Shown here one piece after another: positions 36,421-48,322 of a DNA stretch of 64,000 nt. Below the pieces are notes generated by a model, which saw only the letters and a program-made list of their open reading frames with translations, made no database searches and had not been told where the DNA came from. Made by a program: the position numbers and the translations under genes. How positions within the stretch are numbered: position 1 is the stretch's first letter; every line of letters starts with the position of its first letter. Origin of the DNA: Zancudomyces culisetae HAW-14-8 (Eukaryota; Fungi; Kickxellomycota); contig JBNJNM010000012.1 of the NCBI GenBank assembly GCA_052426225.1, forward strand, positions 2,108,001 to 2,172,000. The letters run 5' to 3'.

Positions 36421-39297
36421 ATGAATTTGGAAAACCCAAACGACGGCAAAAATGACGACCCTACCGACTCAAAGCGGACAGAAATTCCTATTAAATCCCA
36501 GAGGTTACCAGCAAATGCAACAACATCAGCTGTAGCGGCAAGCAATGGCGCTGGGAGTCAACCTAGGAATTCATATCTACTTCATGCCACGGAAAATCTT
36601 ACCCGAACACCGCTGGAGCAGGTTGAAATTATGAGCAGCAGCTATCGGAGTACAAATGATGGTTTGTTTGGTATACACGGAAATGTACACTCAAACGGAG
36701 ATTCTATGCTTTCAACTAGTCTTGGGTCTAATGCGGGAGACTTGATTAAAAAGAATGGGAGGAATATTCCTCCTTCTTCTCCTCATTTAGAGGGAAGGCA
36801 GGATATTTTGGCAAGTTCACCAAATTTTAGCGGGTTCAATCGTACAGGGCTCGGTTTACTGGTTAGAAAGGAGGGCTCACAAAGTCCAATGTTGGGAAAT
36901 GGATCTGATTTTGAGAGTGACGCAAGGCAACAGGACGGGCGGCTTGGGATAAAAGGCAGAGATATTTTCAGGGATGAGGATATTGCAAGTAGCTATAATT
37001 CCAGTAAACAGATGGAGGCATTTCGCGTGATGAAAAGACATCTTATAACAACGAAAAATGAAACAAGTGGTGGAGGCACCGAAAATAAAAGTAAGAAAGA
37101 AGAGGAGGAAAAGGAAAAGGATGAAGGACAAGATATACAGGGGCCAGGAAAGGTAGAAGAGGCGGAACAAATGTCGGTAAAATGCTTGGACGAAGAGAGA
37201 ACCGGAAAAGAGGGAGAAAATGAGGAGAAGGAGAGGGAGAAAAGAGGAGGCGTTCAAAGGAAAAAGGGTGTGGGTAGAGGCTACGAGAAGGGCGTGCGCA
37301 GTGACACGCCTGGTAAGAGAAAAACAAAGGTCGTATTTTCAGATGTTCATCAGTTGAATGAAACTACAGACGATGGGAACGTCAGTGACAATGAAAGTCA
37401 TTCAAATAATGAAGCCGATAATAATGGGCTTGGTAGAGGCAAATCTGGAAAAAAAAGAGAAAATAAGACAGTGAGGATATTGAGACGGTCTGAAGATGCG
37501 GATTCTAAAGACGAAGATGAAGGTATTGGCCATTATCATACTATGGACAAGAGCGGGAAGAGAAAAGAGCCACGGGAGAAGCTGGTTAATCCGCTGAAGC
37601 TACAATCGGGACATATAACGCATTCTATATACAAGTGGACGGAGGAAATGACGGGAGAAAGTAGCAAAGAGGGTCGAATTAAAAGGACAAAGTCATACGT
37701 GATCCAAAGAAATCGAAAAACGGCTAACGAAGCTGATCCAGAATGGGAAATTCCATTTGATGCTAGCGAGATCAACAGACCAGGCGGATTTCGAAGGCAC
37801 TATGTTGTAAGACAAGCTCTGAGCGAAGGCCGTCAACTACCCGCGCTGATGACAGGAAACTTTGTAGATTTCATTTCCTTGTTTGGGCATTTTGCAGGCG
37901 AGACCTATCCTAGTGACGAGGATGACGAAGAGCAAGACCAAGAGAGTGGTGATGAAGAGGAGGCAATGCTTAGAAGACGGTATTCAGCGTATAAGGGGCA
38001 GTACGATCAGACCAACGTTAGTGAAACATCTGCCTTGCTGCGGCGTGGCGGACAAAAAAATAGCGTACAAGTCTCCGCAGCAGCAGGCGCAGAGCATAAA
38101 GCGTCATCAAAGAAAGCGTTTTTCTTGTTGATCAAAGGATTTGTGGGTACGGGTGTTCTGTTTTTGCCCAAGTCGTTCTACAATGGAGGATTGCTTTTTT
38201 CACTAATAGTGCTCTTGTTGATGGCATATCTGGCACTGCATTGTATGCTGCTGTTGATGAAGTGCCACACTATATATCCAATGAGTTATGGTGATATGGG
38301 CCAGAAGCTGGTGGGCGGCTGGATGCGGAAACTGATTCTGTTTTCGATCACTATTTCCCAGCTCGGATTTGTGTGTGCATATTCGATTTTTGTAGCGACC
38401 AATATGCGTTTCATGTTTAATAATCTGACCAATTGCCAGATGGATTTTTCACTGGCGTTTTGGATTACAATCCAGTACTTTTTCTACATCCCAGTATCCA
38501 TGGTTAGACGGATCAAAGGCTTAAGCATGTTGGCTTTGATAGCGGATGTGTTTATTGTCCTTGGGCTGCTATATTTGTATTACTATGATACAGGAACACT
38601 TCTTACTAATGGAGTTGCCAATGTCCGTCTATTTAACCCTGACACTTTTCCTTTGCTAATAGGAACTGCAGTGTTTAGTTTTGAAGGAATTGGGTTGGTT
38701 ATTCCAGTTGCTGACAGTATGAAACACCCCCAGGATTTTCCCAAGGTTCTCAAAATAACTGTTATTGTTTCTGCGTTTTTGTTTGCATCAATTGCTGCAC
38801 TTTCATACATGGCCTTTGGTGATGCCACCGAAACGGTCATTTTCCTCAACATGAAAGACGGTGGTTTTACCACAAACTCAATCCAATTGCTGTACTCCAT
38901 TGCTATCCTGTTTTCCGTTCCTTTGCAGTTTTTCCCCGCCATTCGTATTATGGAAGCCGCTCTTTTCACAAGATCTGGTAAACGGAACTCCTATGTCAAG
39001 TGGCAGAAGAATATTTTCCGTCTTCTTCTGTGCATTTTTACCAACTTCATTTCCGTTCTTGGTGCCGATCACCTCGACCAATTTGTGAGTATGATTGGCA
39101 GTTTTGCCTGTGTACCTCTGAGCTTTATATACCCGTCTCTTCTCCATTATCTTGCTTTCAAGTCTTCGTCTTCCCAGCTGGTAAAGGCCAAGGATATTGC
39201 TCTTTGTGTGTTTGGAATTGCCACTATGGTTTATGTAACCCAGCTAGGGTTGAGACAATGGGGCACTCATGAACCCTCGCCTCCCCAATGCGGCTAA
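36421..39297 (+). CDS. Vacuolar amino-acid transporter, Avt3/Avt4 (AAAP) family
   Basis: Long hydrophilic N-terminus with PGGFRRHYV and NFVDFISLFGHFAGE, then a multi-TM Aa_trans domain (LIKGFVGTGVLFLPKSF, GTAVFSFEGIGLVIP, KWQKNIFR). A dileucine-like ETSALL is present. Confidence 0.92.
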   Translation: MNLENPNDGKNDDPTDSKRTEIPIKSQRLPANATTSAVAASNGAGSQPRNSYLLHATENLTRTPLEQVEIMSSSYRSTNDGLFGIHGNVHSNGDSMLSTSLGSNAGDLIKKNGRNIPPSSPHLEGRQDILASSPNFSGFNRTGLGLLVRKEGSQSPMLGNGSDFESDARQQDGRLGIKGRDIFRDEDIASSYNSSKQMEAFRVMKRHLITTKNETSGGGTENKSKKEEEEKEKDEGQDIQGPGKVEEAEQMSVKCLDEERTGKEGENEEKEREKRGGVQRKKGVGRGYEKGVRSDTPGKRKTKVVFSDVHQLNETTDDGNVSDNESHSNNEADNNGLGRGKSGKKRENKTVRILRRSEDADSKDEDEGIGHYHTMDKSGKRKEPREKLVNPLKLQSGHITHSIYKWTEEMTGESSKEGRIKRTKSYVIQRNRKTANEADPEWEIPFDASEINRPGGFRRHYVVRQALSEGRQLPALMTGNFVDFISLFGHFAGETYPSDEDDEEQDQESGDEEEAMLRRRYSAYKGQYDQTNVSETSALLRRGGQKNSVQVSAAAGAEHKASSKKAFFLLIKGFVGTGVLFLPKSFYNGGLLFSLIVLLLMAYLALHCMLLLMKCHTIYPMSYGDMGQKLVGGWMRKLILFSITISQLGFVCAYSIFVATNMRFMFNNLTNCQMDFSLAFWITIQYFFYIPVSMVRRIKGLSMLALIADVFIVLGLLYLYYYDTGTLLTNGVANVRLFNPDTFPLLIGTAVFSFEGIGLVIPVADSMKHPQDFPKVLKITVIVSAFLFASIAALSYMAFGDATETVIFLNMKDGGFTTNSIQLLYSIAILFSVPLQFFPAIRIMEAALFTRSGKRNSYVKWQKNIFRLLLCIFTNFISVLGADHLDQFVSMIGSFACVPLSFIYPSLLHYLAFKSSSSQLVKAKDIALCVFGIATMVYVTQLGLRQWGTHEPSPPQCG

Positions 39298-39828
39298 ACA
39301 CTTTATCCTCACTCCTTTTCAACCACCTTTTTCTTTTTTTTTCGATAAATACGCTATCCTATCCATAATTTAATGAACAAGGAAAGTCTCGATTCTGTTT
39401 TAGATTGCTTAGAAAGGGAGAACGGAATTGGTCAAATGAAACCCTGTGTATTCAACAGTCCTTTTATAATAAAGCATTAGCAAAATACCATTGTTTTATG
39501 TGGTGTATGAATGCACCTAATGTGTTACTACCAAGATGCACTAAGGATCAAAAAAGTTCAATCACATGCCCAGTGCTTTTTTTGCGACCATTTTTCAGGT
39601 GTTGATCCTTTTTGATTTGATATAATCGGTTTAACAAGTTACAAATATTTTTTTTTCTCGAGCTTGGAAATACTGTGATATTAGTAATTTGTTTTAATCA
39701 CACCAAACTTTATAGAAAAGTGTATGAATATAAATACAAAACAAGTAAAAAGAGCATATAAAACTAGGTTCTGAAAAAAAAAAAACATTAAATTTGATAG
39801 CCCTTCTCCGCTCCAGTTGAAAATACAA

Positions 39829-42286
39829 ATGACAAAGCGAACAGCCAACCGCCAGCTATCAATGGAGGCATTTTTTCCTACAGCCAAAAGTAGCTCTAGC
39901 GATCCGAATCTAGAATCGAGCAAGCGCATAAAGACTTCTGATCCATCCGCTCGGAATCTACATTCTGACAGTCCAGACGCTCCTGAATGGTTTGATAACA
40001 AGTCAGTTTTGATTGGGAAATTCGGTGTTCCTAATAAAAGTGCTAAAATAGCAGCTTTTGACCTGGTAAGTTTTTCTCTATATCTACTTATACATCTGAC
40101 CGTTTATACATTCGTTTGTTCATCTATCTCCTTATTTTTACTTTTACTTCTATACAGATAGTCTTTTTTTTTCTATCGATGTGTCATATTATTTCTTCTA
40201 AATTTTCAAACTGGAATTATATTCCAATCTAAAACCCTTTTCACTAATACCACAAATACCACAAATATCACTATAAGCGTGTAACAAAATAATGTTTTTA
40301 GGACAGTACTTTAATCAAAGTAAAAAGTAAATATAAAAGGCCTGTTGACGAGAACGATTGGGTATTTCATAACAAAAACGTTGTTAAAGTGTTGCGTAGC
40401 CTGCATACTGAAGGGTAAGAACATATCTTTGACATTTCATAATATTTATAGTGCTAATACAAAATATACTGCTTCGAATTTAATAGTTATCACATCACTG
40501 TTATAAGTAATCAGCGTGGTCTGAAGATCAATTCTGATAAAGAAAGAGCTAAAAAGCTCACTAGAAAATCACAACTAAAGACTAAAATTTCAAACATTGC
40601 CAAGCAGGTAAGCACGATTATTTTGTTTGTGCTATTTTCTGAGTTTTTTTTGATTCATACATTGACTATATACACAAATATTACTCTGTTTGTAGCTGGA
40701 TATTCCCTTTTACTTTTATGCGGCAACAGCCAATGACTTTTTCAGAAAACCTGGTATTGGACTATGGCACTTGATGTCGATATTCGCAAATGATCATGGG
40801 CAGAAAATAGGTATTTTTACTTTCTTTTTGTCTTCAAATATATATATTTATACTGTAAAGGTAAACAAGTAAAAGGGATAATGATTCATGCATCAACTCT
40901 GTATTTAGACTTGGATTCTTGCTTCTACGTTGGAGATGCTGTGGGAAGACCTGATAATTGGAGGAGCGGTGTTCCGAAAGATTTTGCCGATACTGATCTG
41001 TAAGTCTAGTCAAAAATGAGCTACTATTAGATATTTAGAATGTATTCATGGTGTTTACTTTTTATTACAACCTCACACACTAGAAAGTTTGCTCTTAATG
41101 CGAATATCAAGATTTATACGCCAGAAGAATACTTTGAGAACGCCACTGACGTTCCAAAAATTGAAATTCCCCAGCACCCAAAAGCCATAGTACAGAGCCA
41201 CAACGGTAAGCTCACTGAGTAAAAGCAGGAATGTTGTAACTATATAGATATCCTGCATACCCTGTAGATTCAATTGATTTGGGAGAATATGACGGGGATA
41301 GAGCACAGCTGTACCAGGAGATCAGGAGCAATATGGCCTCAGATAAAATAACTATGGTTGTTATGGTTGGATCCCCAGCGTCTGGAAAATCCACTCTTGT
41401 AATTAATGAGCTAGTCAAAGATTTTGGCTTTGAAAGAATTAACCAGGTTAGTATAGAATAATTCGACTCTACTTGTAAAAGCTTGTGTTGCCTTTGGCTT
41501 CCAATATTACTTTCACTATAGGATATTCTTACCATATAAATTTTATTTATTTTTATAAAAAGCGTGGATAGCTGAATAAAAAAAAAGTATGGTATAAAAA
41601 AAATAGGACACACTGAAAACAAAGAAAAAGTGCGAGAACGCTACTGAGTTGGCATTATCCCAAGGGAAAAGCGTTGTTATAGGTAAATATTTTTGATTTA
41701 ATTCCATTCTTAATGGGTTTATATACATACCTATGGATATTACCAATGTGGCACTACAATTTATATTTTCACGAACCGGGTAGATAATACCAATCCAAAC
41801 AAAGCATCCAGAGCGTCGTTTATTGCAATTGGTAAAAAGTATGGTGCAAAGGTGTATAGTGCACATGTCAATGTTCCAAAGGACCTGGTTAAACACAACA
41901 TAGCATTCCGTTCGTTTTCAAAACAAGCTGCCGAAATAATCAGATTTCTAGGCAGAAATGAAACCGGGGTATCAACTCCAACGCAACCTACAGCTCCTAG
42001 TATTAACAAAACTGCAGAAAGTCAAAAGACATTGTTGGAAGGCAATGATCCGAAGAATATGGCTTTTGAAGATATATTTAACCACCTAGAAAAAACTTCG
42101 CCCGCTACTGACCAGCTAAGCATTATAGCAATTCATTCGTTCTTTTCAAAGTTTGAACTGCCGACCAAGAAGGAAGGATTCGATAATAACTACGTGGTTT
42201 TATTTGAGCCTTACTTTGGCAAAGATGGTTCTACGGATAGCGAACTGGCTTCTGTAAGTGATATTTGGCACATGTACTTGGAATAA
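39829..42286 (+). CDS. PNK1: Bifunctional polynucleotide 3'-phosphatase/5'-kinase (Pnk1/PNKP; ~9 exons)
   Basis: The HAD motif AAFDL|DSTLI is split by the intron at 40066-40301. Later exons give ISNQRG, FRKPGIG, YVGDAVGRP, FADTD|LKFALN, TPEEYF, Walker A GSPASGKST, INQ|DTL, VI|DNTN, HNIAFR and PTKKEGF. Confidence 0.92.
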
Positions 42287-42766
42287 TTGTGCAGCGCTTC
42301 TACTTGGGACTGTATCTATTAAGTTTATTTTCTCTATTTGGATGAAACTCAGTCATAATGTTTTGGTTAAAAGATGTCCTACTATTCAGCTTTTTACTCG
42401 CATCTTGATTTTTGTTTTTTTTATATAAACCCGCGATTTTGACATCTCAGTATCGATTTACTCGAACTTTGGAGCTGTTCAAAAGGGAATTAATATATTA
42501 ATTTGTTTGCTTTTTGCTGTGTTTTGGCACCTCATTTAGTTTTTTTTTTTCCCTTTTTCGGTGTCAATATTCTTGACCGATTTTTGATTCGATCAAAATT
42601 GGTAGAGTTTTACAATTCCGCAGCGGAAAAAAAAAGCGAAATTTTCAGTTGAACACAAAATCTGTGTCTCATATAAATTCTCTCTTAATTCTCTTTAACT
42701 GCTTTCCATACCACGCAAAAGACCAGTAACTGCGAGAAGATAAGATACCAATTAATAACTGTGGAC

Positions 42767-44538
42767 ATGGATATAGAAATGGATATGAATAGTATAAGCC
42801 AGGCTGATCTGAGTAGACTGTTTTCACAGCTCAAGGATGCCAATGATCAAGAATGTGTTTCAAAAAGGCTCGAGAGCTTTTTCAGCGAAAACAACATTAG
42901 GGCGAAAATGCAAACAGAGAATCTGGTAGAGTATTTTGCCAATTTGATGCATCAATTTGAAGATTGGTTTATATCCAGGCGCGAAAGCTATAACAATGAC
43001 ATTTTTATTACATTTATTGAAAAGTTGTTGGATATTTCCAACCAAACAACGGCCGACTACAATGAGATTGTAAGCGTTATATTGTACTTTTTCTATATGC
43101 TTTTGTAATAGATATGAAACGACGTATATATATATTGAGACTTGTGACTGTCTACTCTAAATAGAGAATAAACGCTTTAGAAAAGTATTGCGAAAGGCAA
43201 ATTCATAATTGTGGATTTGAACGTGCCTGGGAAATACTAGAGCTCTACGTCCCAACCTTTTTAGGGTAATTTCTTTATGTTTTTTTTTTTCCTTTATCGG
43301 ATTCATTTACCTCTAATTTTAAAAAAGAAAAAACACATTTACAAAGATAAAAATATACGAATAATAGGGCGAATAAGCTGTCAAATGAAAAGCTCTTTTG
43401 GTTATATATACTTCAAAGTGAAATGTATGTATTAGGCGGCAAAATAAGTCAAAGTCAAGAAACCATAAACAAAGCCGGTCAATATCTTAAAGAAGTCAAA
43501 AAAAACGAATATCTGAGAAAATTTAAATATGTACAGGGCGTTATATACGCAAAAAGCACCAAATATAACGAGGCAATGAGTAGATTTATAGAGGTTTACA
43601 GTGAATTTCAAAATAATAAACTGCAAGCTCAACAGAAAAGGCTTGATTTTGGCGGAGTTCCATACGAGATGGAAATAATAAGAGGATTTGGAATAAAATG
43701 TGTGATACTAAGCGATCCAGGATTACCACAACGGGAAATGGGGCTGAGGATGTTGGTGGCGGACAAGAAAGTTTTGGAGCAATATTCAAAGTCCTACCAG
43801 GTACTGGTAGATGTACTTGAAGAGAAATTGGTGGTTTTCTATGGAGACAGAAATGCCTATGATAAAGAATGTGTAGAACTTATGTATTCAATTTTGGAAA
43901 AGCCGGAAAAGATTTCATTTAGTAATATTCGGGATATGCGTGCAAATATAAAAGACAATGATAGCGAACAGATGGAGTTGGAGCCGGAATCCGAGGATAA
44001 AAGAGCTGCGGCTGCAGATGTGGACGTAGACATGGATTTAGGACTGAGTACCAAAATAAAAACATTGAATAAGCACCTGACAAGGCACAACATCTATGTA
44101 TTATCAAAAATATACAAAAACATCACCATAGAAAAAATGAAGCGAATACTAAACCTTGGTGAAGAATCAGTAGCCGATCTCGAGCTTTTGGTTAGAGACA
44201 CAATCTCGGCCAGAATCATTGATGCGAAGATCAACCAGGTAGATGGTAATTCGGTGGAATTTAATGAAAGAGTTTTCTACCAAAACATATTGCCGAGCAC
44301 AAATGATCCCAATGGATTGGACATCTGTCCAAGCGACGATTACTGGAAAATTGGGAAAAATATTCTTTTTACCGATACATGTTTGGTAGCCGAACCCCAT
44401 CGGCAAAACCAGCGGATGGAAACACCGCAACCTACCACAAATGGTTTTAATCCAAATAAAAACACCGAGTTTAATTTAGCCAAGACTCTAGTTGACCAGG
44501 TTAAACGAGCCACAAACTACTTAGCTTTAAAGAACTGA
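42767..44538 (+). CDS. PCI-domain protein, most like COP9 signalosome subunit 4 (highly divergent; 3 exons)
   Basis: Exons 42767-43069, 43165-43265, 43368-44538. PCI-like RHNIYVLSKIYKNITI...IDAKINQVDG. The segments INKAGQYL, KYNEAMSRF and KCVILSDPG.PQRE..LRMLVAD align better with CSN4 than with Rpn5. Confidence 0.65.
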
Positions 44539-47500
44539 GTTTGTATCTTCTCCAGCCTCTCTACGTATCTGTAGACATGCTATTATCTCAAGTATGCACT
44601 CTTGGAGGATCACAATGTTTTCTAACAACTCCATCATGTTGACATTTTGGGGTGGTGACCTTAAAACCTTGGTAGCTTTGTTGTTAGCGCTAGACGGGTC
44701 TCCACCATCACTATCGATACCACTTTCCGAATCGCCACTTTCCATTTCATGTCTGCTCAGGCTTTTCCTGGTCGAAGAATAACTCCCAAAGTCTTCCAAC
44801 TCGGCTGCCAAGTCAACCTCCAGTTCAACAACACCCATCAAGGCATTCCTGGCTCGCCTTAACCGGCCATTGAAGTTGGGAACAAATGGCCTCATCTCCT
44901 CTGCAGTTTGTACCAACGATCTTAGTGCCGTATAAATGGGTGGGAGTAACTGTTTGTTGTGGGCTAGAACTCCTTTGTTCGGTATTTCTTGGATAGTCTG
45001 CCTTAATTCTCTTGACATTTCGAATGTTTGGCTAAACCTTGGGTATTCACTAATCAGTTTTATCTGCTCGTTAATTTTTTCTATAATCTTCTTGTCCTCT
45101 GAGGATAAACTTTTGTCTGTCTTTGTCAGAATTATAATTTTATTATCTTCAAAGTCATCATGGGTACTTTCTTTTGTATTAACATTTATTTCAACACCAT
45201 CATCTGCATGTGTTTGGACCAACTCATCATTTGTCTGATCTTCTTGTTTCATCTGGGTATCATTATCTTTGCTATTTTTCATGTTTTTTACTTTGCTAAC
45301 ACCCGCAAATACAATCTTTTCCTTCTCAAATTGTTGAAAGCTAGTTTTTTTCAGTTTCTCCAACCATTGATTCCAGAGTGTTCCCAGCTCGGTTTCTCTC
45401 AGCAGTTCGTTTGGGTCAAAAGATATCAACCGATCTAGGGTCCTACAGCTAGAGCACTCTTCCTCTCCAAATACCCCACTTTCTACTTCTCTGTTGTAAT
45501 ATTCTTGGTTCTGACTATCTCCGCCAAACACATCATTGTTTCTCACTGATGCTGATGCTGCTATCGCTGTTATTACTCCAGTTACCTCTAGATTTATTTC
45601 AGGTGTTAAACTGAAATAATTCTCAAGAAGCATGACAACTCTTTGTATTAGTCTATCTGATTGTTTAATGTATTTTCGACTTCCATTTGAGTTTGCTGCG
45701 CAATGTTTATAATGCACTGGTTTGTTCTCACTTCTCAACGCATTTTGGTTGTTATCATTAGCTGGTGTTTCAGACGCTGGCTCGCTTTTACCATTAAAAA
45801 TATAACCTTGTAATTTTTTGCTACTTTCTTCGTTTTTTTCATTTCCCCTATAGCCAAGTATTTTCAAATGAGTCTGCTTATGATCGAGGTATCGCTTGGC
45901 AGCGTCTTCAAGATACGAGTCAAAGCCCTGCCTTCTCATTAAATACTTTCTGGTGCTTACCAGCTCTTCGATATCTATAGTATTATCATATACTCTCGCA
46001 TTCCTAACATCATGATAACCGTCACTACTATCGACACCATTTAGTGCACTGACCGATGTGAAAGATGGGTACGCTACGTCACCACCTGTGTTCTTCTCAG
46101 CTACTTTAGATTCACTTGGATCATGAATCAACATTTTTGTACCATACACTCCTCCACTTCCTTCTTCAGCAGTTTTGACACCTGAATTTCCACTAGGTTT
46201 TTCTTTTTTATAACCATTTATTTTGGCGCTTGCCTCAATGTATCTTATATATTCATGCACCTTGTTTACGGGAGCAATCCCTGAATGTATTAAAAGCTCT
46301 GAATACATCTCTAACTCCCTTTTATGAAGTTCAAGTCCTATCGTATAGTTTGCTAGCCAGCTATAGTTGACGGTTGAAGGTACTTCCTGCTCAGTCTCAA
46401 TTATTACCGACGCTATTGGACACCATTTTGTCAGTAGTGTCCGCAATAGCCGTAATGCAGATACTATTGAATCATTTGCCGCTGATCTGCTTATATTTGT
46501 GCATATTAAATCCTTTAGCGTAAATGGTAGGTACTGTTCTTTTTTTTTTAACGTAATAGAGTTCAAATCGTTGGAGTCATCTATACACTTATCACCAATC
46601 CCATGTATAATTGGGTTTGCGTTTTCCTCCTCACTTTTTTCGTCCAGTAGAAACTCTATTATTGTCTTTCCTACAGATGGAACGTTTAAAGTTCTTAGCA
46701 TCATATCCAAATAAAACATTACTGCTACACTACTTCCATCAATCTCACTGCTTTCCAAAACGCTCGGATAAAATACTGTTTGCAGAAAATGATCCTGTAT
46801 CGCTTGTAACATGGCTGTTGCCACTTCTTTGGAATTTACTCGCCTGCATATATCTTGCATAAATGATAATATTTTGGAAAACATTTCCATAATTTTTCCA
46901 AATTTTTCATTTCTTACATCCACAACATCATCCCTATTAACACAATCACTCTCCTCTCTTTTCAACTTTGTCTCTTTTTTACGTGCAATTTGTAACCGCC
47001 TTGGCAGTTGTGAATAAATTGCTCCAATACTTGCCGCAATTGTGGTCTCAAACCCACTTTGCTTAATCAAGTAGTCTTCAAGGGTGGATCTGTATTTTCC
47101 ATTTTCTTCCTCCCATTGTTCCTTAGCCTCTTTATCCACATTGACCAGTTCAAACAGAAACAGCAATGCGGTTCTTGAATAATCACCCGATTGTCCATCC
47201 ATATGCACAAACTTCAATAGATTCTTAAAGAGATTGAACTCAAACCTCTCTGCTTCGTTTTTCCGATACATTTGGTCATTTTTCAAGGTACTGTGGCTCC
47301 CATCACTTTCTGCGCTACTTTCTCTCTGTTTGGCAAACTGTTTGCTTTTCTCCTCCTCGTTGTTTTCTTGGATCACCCTTTTCACCCCTTTTAGTTCCTT
47401 CCATTTTTTGTCAAAGAAAAATATATTAAGCAACGCTGGAAAACCGTGTATTTTCCCACTAACAATATACATAAGCTCAACCAAATCATCTCGAAGCATT

Positions 47501-48322
47501 AGTATATTTTCTTTCTCCTCCCTTTCGATGTGTAGCCTGTTCCTTGTGGTGTCACTTTCAATAACATTCCAACTACCATACATGTTGAAATTCACATCCT
47601 TTGTCATATTTGATGCTATGTTATTTATTTGTGCATCCAGGTCGTTTGATTCGTTCATTACTCCCATATATCCTGCCACCAAATGCTTTTTTGACATTTC
47701 TTGCGCCAGCTTGGTTTTTTTGTCATCCGGTCCATTTATCTGTGCATCTGGTCCACTCTTTGGAAGCTCCATGTACTTTCTAAATATGTACAATATCGGA
47801 TCGTGGACACTCTTGTGTACGAGAAATCCATAGTCAAGCAAGTTCACTAGATTTGATATGGACTTTAAAACCTCTCTGCGAAATCCCCGTGGTCTGTCCG
47901 GTTCTGCTATTCGTACAATTTCTCCTAGTATGTTTTTTCTCAGCACAAACTCCATACACAGCCCAGTTATCAACTCCGCTGAGCATTCTCTTTTTAGCTC
48001 TTCCTGGATTATCAGGTCAGTTATGCTTTTTAGAAGGTTGGGGATTTGTGTTTGTTCGATCCTGATATCATTGTTTTTAAAATTTTTAGAATACACTTTC
48101 TATTTATTATTTTGATAATACATTTTTAGTGATATCACCAACCTTTTGATTATACTATTCTGATAAAAAACATCTTTAAAAACTCTGTTTGTATCAAAAT
48201 ATCAGGTAGGTTCTTACCACCAAGTTGTACCATGACTTTTCTAACTTTGCTAAGTTCAAAAAAGTTTTACTAGTGTCCTTTTTAGCACTGAGCCGCTTTG
48301 CCAAATTATTGAAATAATCCAT
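44527..48322 (-). CDS. FHIP/FAM160 (RAI16-like; FTS-Hook-interacting protein), 2 exons
   Basis: Exon 48322-48218 (MDYFNNLAKRL...) plus exon 48099-44527. Family motifs CMEFVLRKNIL, FLVHKSVHDPI, HMDGQSGDYSRTALL, GAIYSQLP, FLQTVFYPSVLE, NLEVTGVI and ENIVILQE. Confidence 0.85.
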
